NCBI RefSeq assembly: GCF_009914755.1
Contig: NC_060929.1
Direction: 5' to 3' (one strand)
DNA length: 64,000 nucleotides
Source of the DNA: the human T2T-CHM13v2.0 reference genome, Homo sapiens
Position numbers and translations under genes: made by a program. Below are positions 60,901 through 64,000 of the stretch, piece by piece. The notes beneath the pieces were generated by a model. That model was not told the origin of the DNA. It was given only the letters and a program-made list of their open reading frames with translations, and did no database searches. Within the stretch, counting starts at the first letter, position 1. Each line of letters opens with the position of its first letter.

Positions 60901-63900
60901 ACTCCTTTGTGATGTGTGCGTTCAACTCACAGAGTTTAACCTTTCTTTTCATAGAGCAGTTAGGAAACACTCTGTTTGTAAAGTCTGCAAGTGGATATTC
61001 AGACCTCTTTGAGGCCTTCGTTGGAAACGGGTTTTTTTCATATAAGGCTAGACAGAAGAATTCTCAGTAACTTCCTTGTGTTGTGTGTATTCAACTCACA
61101 GAGTTGAACGATCTTTTACACAGAGCAGACTTGTAACACTCTTTTTGTGGAATTTGCAAGTGGAGATTTCAGCCGCGTTGAGGTCAATGGTAGAAAAGGA
61201 AATATCTTCGTATAAAAACTAGACAGAATGATTCTCAGAAACTCCTTTGAGATGTGTGCGTTCAACTCACAGAGTTTAACCTTTCTTTTCATAGAGCAGT
61301 TAGGAAACACTCTGCTTGTAAAGTCTGCAAGTGGATATTCAGCCCTCTTTGAGGCCTTCGCTGGAAACGGGTTTTTTTCATATAAGGCTAGACAGCAGAA
61401 TTCCCAGTAACTTCCTTGTGTTGTGTGTGTTCAACTCACAGAGTTGAACTTTGATTTACACAGAGCAGATTTGAAACACTCTTTTTGTGGAATTTGCAAG
61501 TGGAGATTTCAAGCGCTTTGAGGCCAAAGGCAGAAAAGGAAATATCTTCGTATAAAAACTAGACAGAATCATTCTCAGAAACTGCTCTGCGATGTGTGCG
61601 TTCAACTCTCAGAGTTTAACTTTTCTTTTCATTCAGCAGTTTGGAAACACTCTGTTTGTAAAGTCTGCACGTGGATATTTTGACCACTTAGAGGCCGTCG
61701 TTGGAAATGGGTTTTTTTCCTGTAAGGCTAGACAGAAGAATTCCCAGTAACTTCCTTGTGTTGTGTACATTCAACTCACAGAGTTGAACGTTCCCTTAGA
61801 CAGAGCAGATTTGAAACACTCTTTTTGTGCAATTGGCAAGTGGAGATTTCAAGCGCGTTGAGGTCAATGGCAGAAAAGGAAATATCTTCGTTTCAAAACT
61901 AGACAGAATCATTCCCACAAACTGCGTTGTGATGTGTTCGTTCAACTCACAGAGTTTAACCTTTCTTTTCATAGAGCAGTTAGGAAACAGTCTGTTTGAA
62001 AATTCTGTAAGTGGATATTCTGACATCTTGTGGCCTTCGTTGGAAACGGGATTTCTTCATATTCTGCTAGACAGAAGAATTCTCAGAATCTTCCTTGTGT
62101 TGTGTGTATTCAACTCACAGAGTTGAACGATGGTTTACACAGAGCAGATTTGAAACACTCATTTGGTGGAATTTGCAAGTGGAGATTTCAGCCGCTTTGA
62201 GGTCAATGGTAGAAAAGGAAATATCTTCGTATAACAACTAGACAGAATGATTCTCAGAAACTTCTTTGTGATGTGTGTGTTCAACTCACAGAGTTTAACC
62301 TTTCTTTTCATAGAGTAGTTAGGAAACACTGTGTTTTCAAACTCTGCAAGTGGATATTCAGACCTCTTTGAGGCCTTCGTTGGAAACGGGTTTCTTCATA
62401 CTGTGCTAGACAGAAGAATTCTCAGTAACTTCCTTGTGTTGTGTGTATTCAACTCACAGAGTTGAACGATCCTTTACACAGAGCAGACTTGAAACACTCT
62501 TTTTGTGGAATTTGCAAGTGGAGATTTCAGCCGCGTTGAGGTCAATGGTAGAAAAGGAAATATCTTCGTATAAAAACTAGACAGAATGATTCTCAGAAAC
62601 TCCTTTGTGATGTGTGCATTCAACTCACAGAGTTTAACCTTTCTTTTCATAGAGCAGTTAGGAAACACTCTGCTTGTAAAGTCTGCAAGTGGATATTCAG
62701 CCCTCTTTGAGGCCTTCGTTGGAAACGGGTTTTTTTCATATAAGGCTAGACAGAAGAATTCCCAGTAACTTCCTTGTGTTGTGTGTGTTCAACTCACAGA
62801 GTTGAACTTTCATTTACACAGAGCAGATTTGAAACACTCTTTTTGTGGAATTTGCAAGTGGAGATTTCAAGCGCTTTGAGGCCAAAGGCAGAAAAGGAAA
62901 TATCTTCGTATAAAAACTAGACAGAATCATTCTCAGAAACTGCTCTGTGATGTGTGCGTTCAACTCTCAGAGTTTAACTTTTCTTTTCATTCAGCAGTTT
63001 GGAAACACTCTGTTTGTAAAGTCTGCACGTGGATAATTTGACCACTTAGAGGCCTTCGTTGGAAACGGGTTTTTTTCATGTAAGGCTAGACAGAAGAGTT
63101 CTCAGTAACTTCCTTGTGTTGTGTGTATTCAACTCACACAGTTGAACGATCCTTTACAGAGAGCAGACTTGTAACACTCTTTTTGTGGAATTTGCAAGTG
63201 GAGATTTCAGCCGCTTTGAAGTCAAAGTAGAAAAGGAAATATCTTCCTATAAAAACTAGACAGAATGATTCTCAGAAACTCCTTTGTGATGTGTGCGTTC
63301 AACTCACAGAGTTTAACCTTTCTTTTCATAGAGCAGTTAGGAAACACTCTGTTTGTAAAGTCTGCAAGTGGATATTCAGACCTCTTTGAGGCCTTCGTTG
63401 GAAACGGGTTTTTTTCATATAAGGCTAGACAGAAGAATTCCCAGTAACTTCCTTGGGTTGTGTGTGTTCAACTCACAGAGTTGAACTTTCGTTTACACAG
63501 AGCAGATTTGAAACACTCTTTTTGTGGAATTTGCAGGTGGAGATTTCAAGCGCTTTGAGGCCAAAGGCAGAAAAGGAAATATCTTCGTAGAAAAACTAGA
63601 CAGAATCATTCTCAGAAACTGCTCTGCGATGTGTGCGTTCAACTCTCAGAGTTTAACTTTTCTTTTCATTCAGCAGTTTGGAAACACTCTGTTTGTAAAG
63701 TCTGCACGTGGATAATTTGACCACTTAGAGGCCTTCGTTGGAAACGGGTTTTTTTCATGTAAGGCTAGACAGAAGAATTCTCAGTAACTTCCTTGTGTTG
63801 TGTGTATTCAACTCACAGAGTTGAACGATCCTTTACACAGAGCAGACATGTAACACTCTTTTTCTGGAATTTGCAAGTGGAGATTTCAGCCGCTTTGAAG

Positions 63901-64000
63901 TCAAAGGTAGAAAAGGAAATATCTTCCTATAAAAACTAGACAGAATGATTCTCAGAAACTCCTTTGTGATGTGTGCGTTCAACTCACAGAGTTTAACCTT
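50260..64000 (+). repeat. Long-range copy of ~1000-16780, lacking one 2039-bp 12-mer
   Basis: Offset 49262 for ~1000-8600 (e.g. mutant box 2920/52182) and 47223-47224 for ~10600-16780 (mutant boxes 10735/57958 and 14472/61696; CTTGGGTTG ~16228/63452; GACATGTAAC ~16621/63845). Confidence 0.88.
57410..58768 (+). repeat. Unexpanded 8-mer HOR unit (1359 bp)
   Basis: Consecutive a2 markers at 57410 and 58769. Confidence 0.92.

Larger units (their letters stand above)
1..64000 (+). repeat. Centromeric alpha-satellite (alphoid) HOR array, dimeric SF1 (J1/J2-type), ~188 dimers / ~376 monomers, head-to-tail
   Basis: Continuous ~340-bp periodicity: homologous box positions at 31, 202, 371 and 542 give alternating 171/169-bp steps. 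Typical alphoid motifs throughout (CATTCTCAGAAACT, TTCAACTCACAGAGTT, GAAACACTCTTTTTGTGGAATTTGCAAGTGGAGATTTC). CENP-B box in every second monomer and EcoRI GAATTC about every 340 bp, as in the classic SF1 EcoRI dimer. Confidence 0.99.
1..64000 (+). repeat. Probable human chromosome 10 alpha-satellite (D10Z1 / S1C10H1 family)
   Basis: SF1 dimeric structure with a 1359-bp 8-monomer base unit and one RsaI site (GTAC in GTGTACATTC, first at 611-614) in monomer a2. This matches my recollection of D10Z1 as an RsaI-defined ~1.35-kb 8-mer. Not confirmed by alignment; another SF1 8-mer (e.g. D12Z3) or a great-ape orthologue is not excluded. Confidence 0.7.

Noticed and set aside
74-63715. About 200 short ORFs (MILRNS..., MFPNCS..., MQLASG..., MSEYPL...)
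   Set aside because: They are 60-99 aa translations of the satellite, recurring with the dimer period and overlapping on both strands, with no recognisable domain. Starts and stops are gained or lost through random SNVs. They were used only as variant markers.
1-64000. CRISPR-like or cassette-type repeat system
   Set aside because: There are no unique spacers or associated genes; the sequence between conserved motifs is itself repeated alphoid DNA.
1-64000. Alu/L1 insertion, inversion or non-alphoid island
   Set aside because: None seen on reading: no poly-A tails or target-site duplications, and all marker spacings are multiples of ~340 bp with the same motif orientation throughout.

Overview
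The whole 64-kb window is one uninterrupted, single-orientation array of primate (very probably human) centromeric alpha-satellite DNA of the dimeric suprachromosomal family 1 type. Monomers of ~171 and ~169 bp alternate, giving a ~340-bp dimer with one CENP-B box and usually one EcoRI site. Eight monomer classes (here called a1 b1 a2 b2 a3 b3 a4 b4) form a 1359-bp 8-mer higher-order repeat (HOR). An 8-mer marked by RsaI fits chromosome 10 D10Z1/S1C10H1 best, but this is recalled, not verified. I saw no genes, transposon insertions or inversions; all ORFs in the track are translations of the satellite. I found no new gene system. The notable feature is the architecture: only 2 of 23 HOR intervals are plain 8-mers, and the rest are 10- to 26-mers built from an added 680-bp 4-mer module plus hybrid dimers. 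Shared rare SNVs reveal nested duplications at offsets of 3397, 7475, 10532, 39749, 41787 and 47223-49262 bp, and a central haplotype domain at ~20-39 kb. About 7 CENP-B boxes are mutated at essential positions. All comparisons were made by eye and from the ORF track, so duplication boundaries are approximate.
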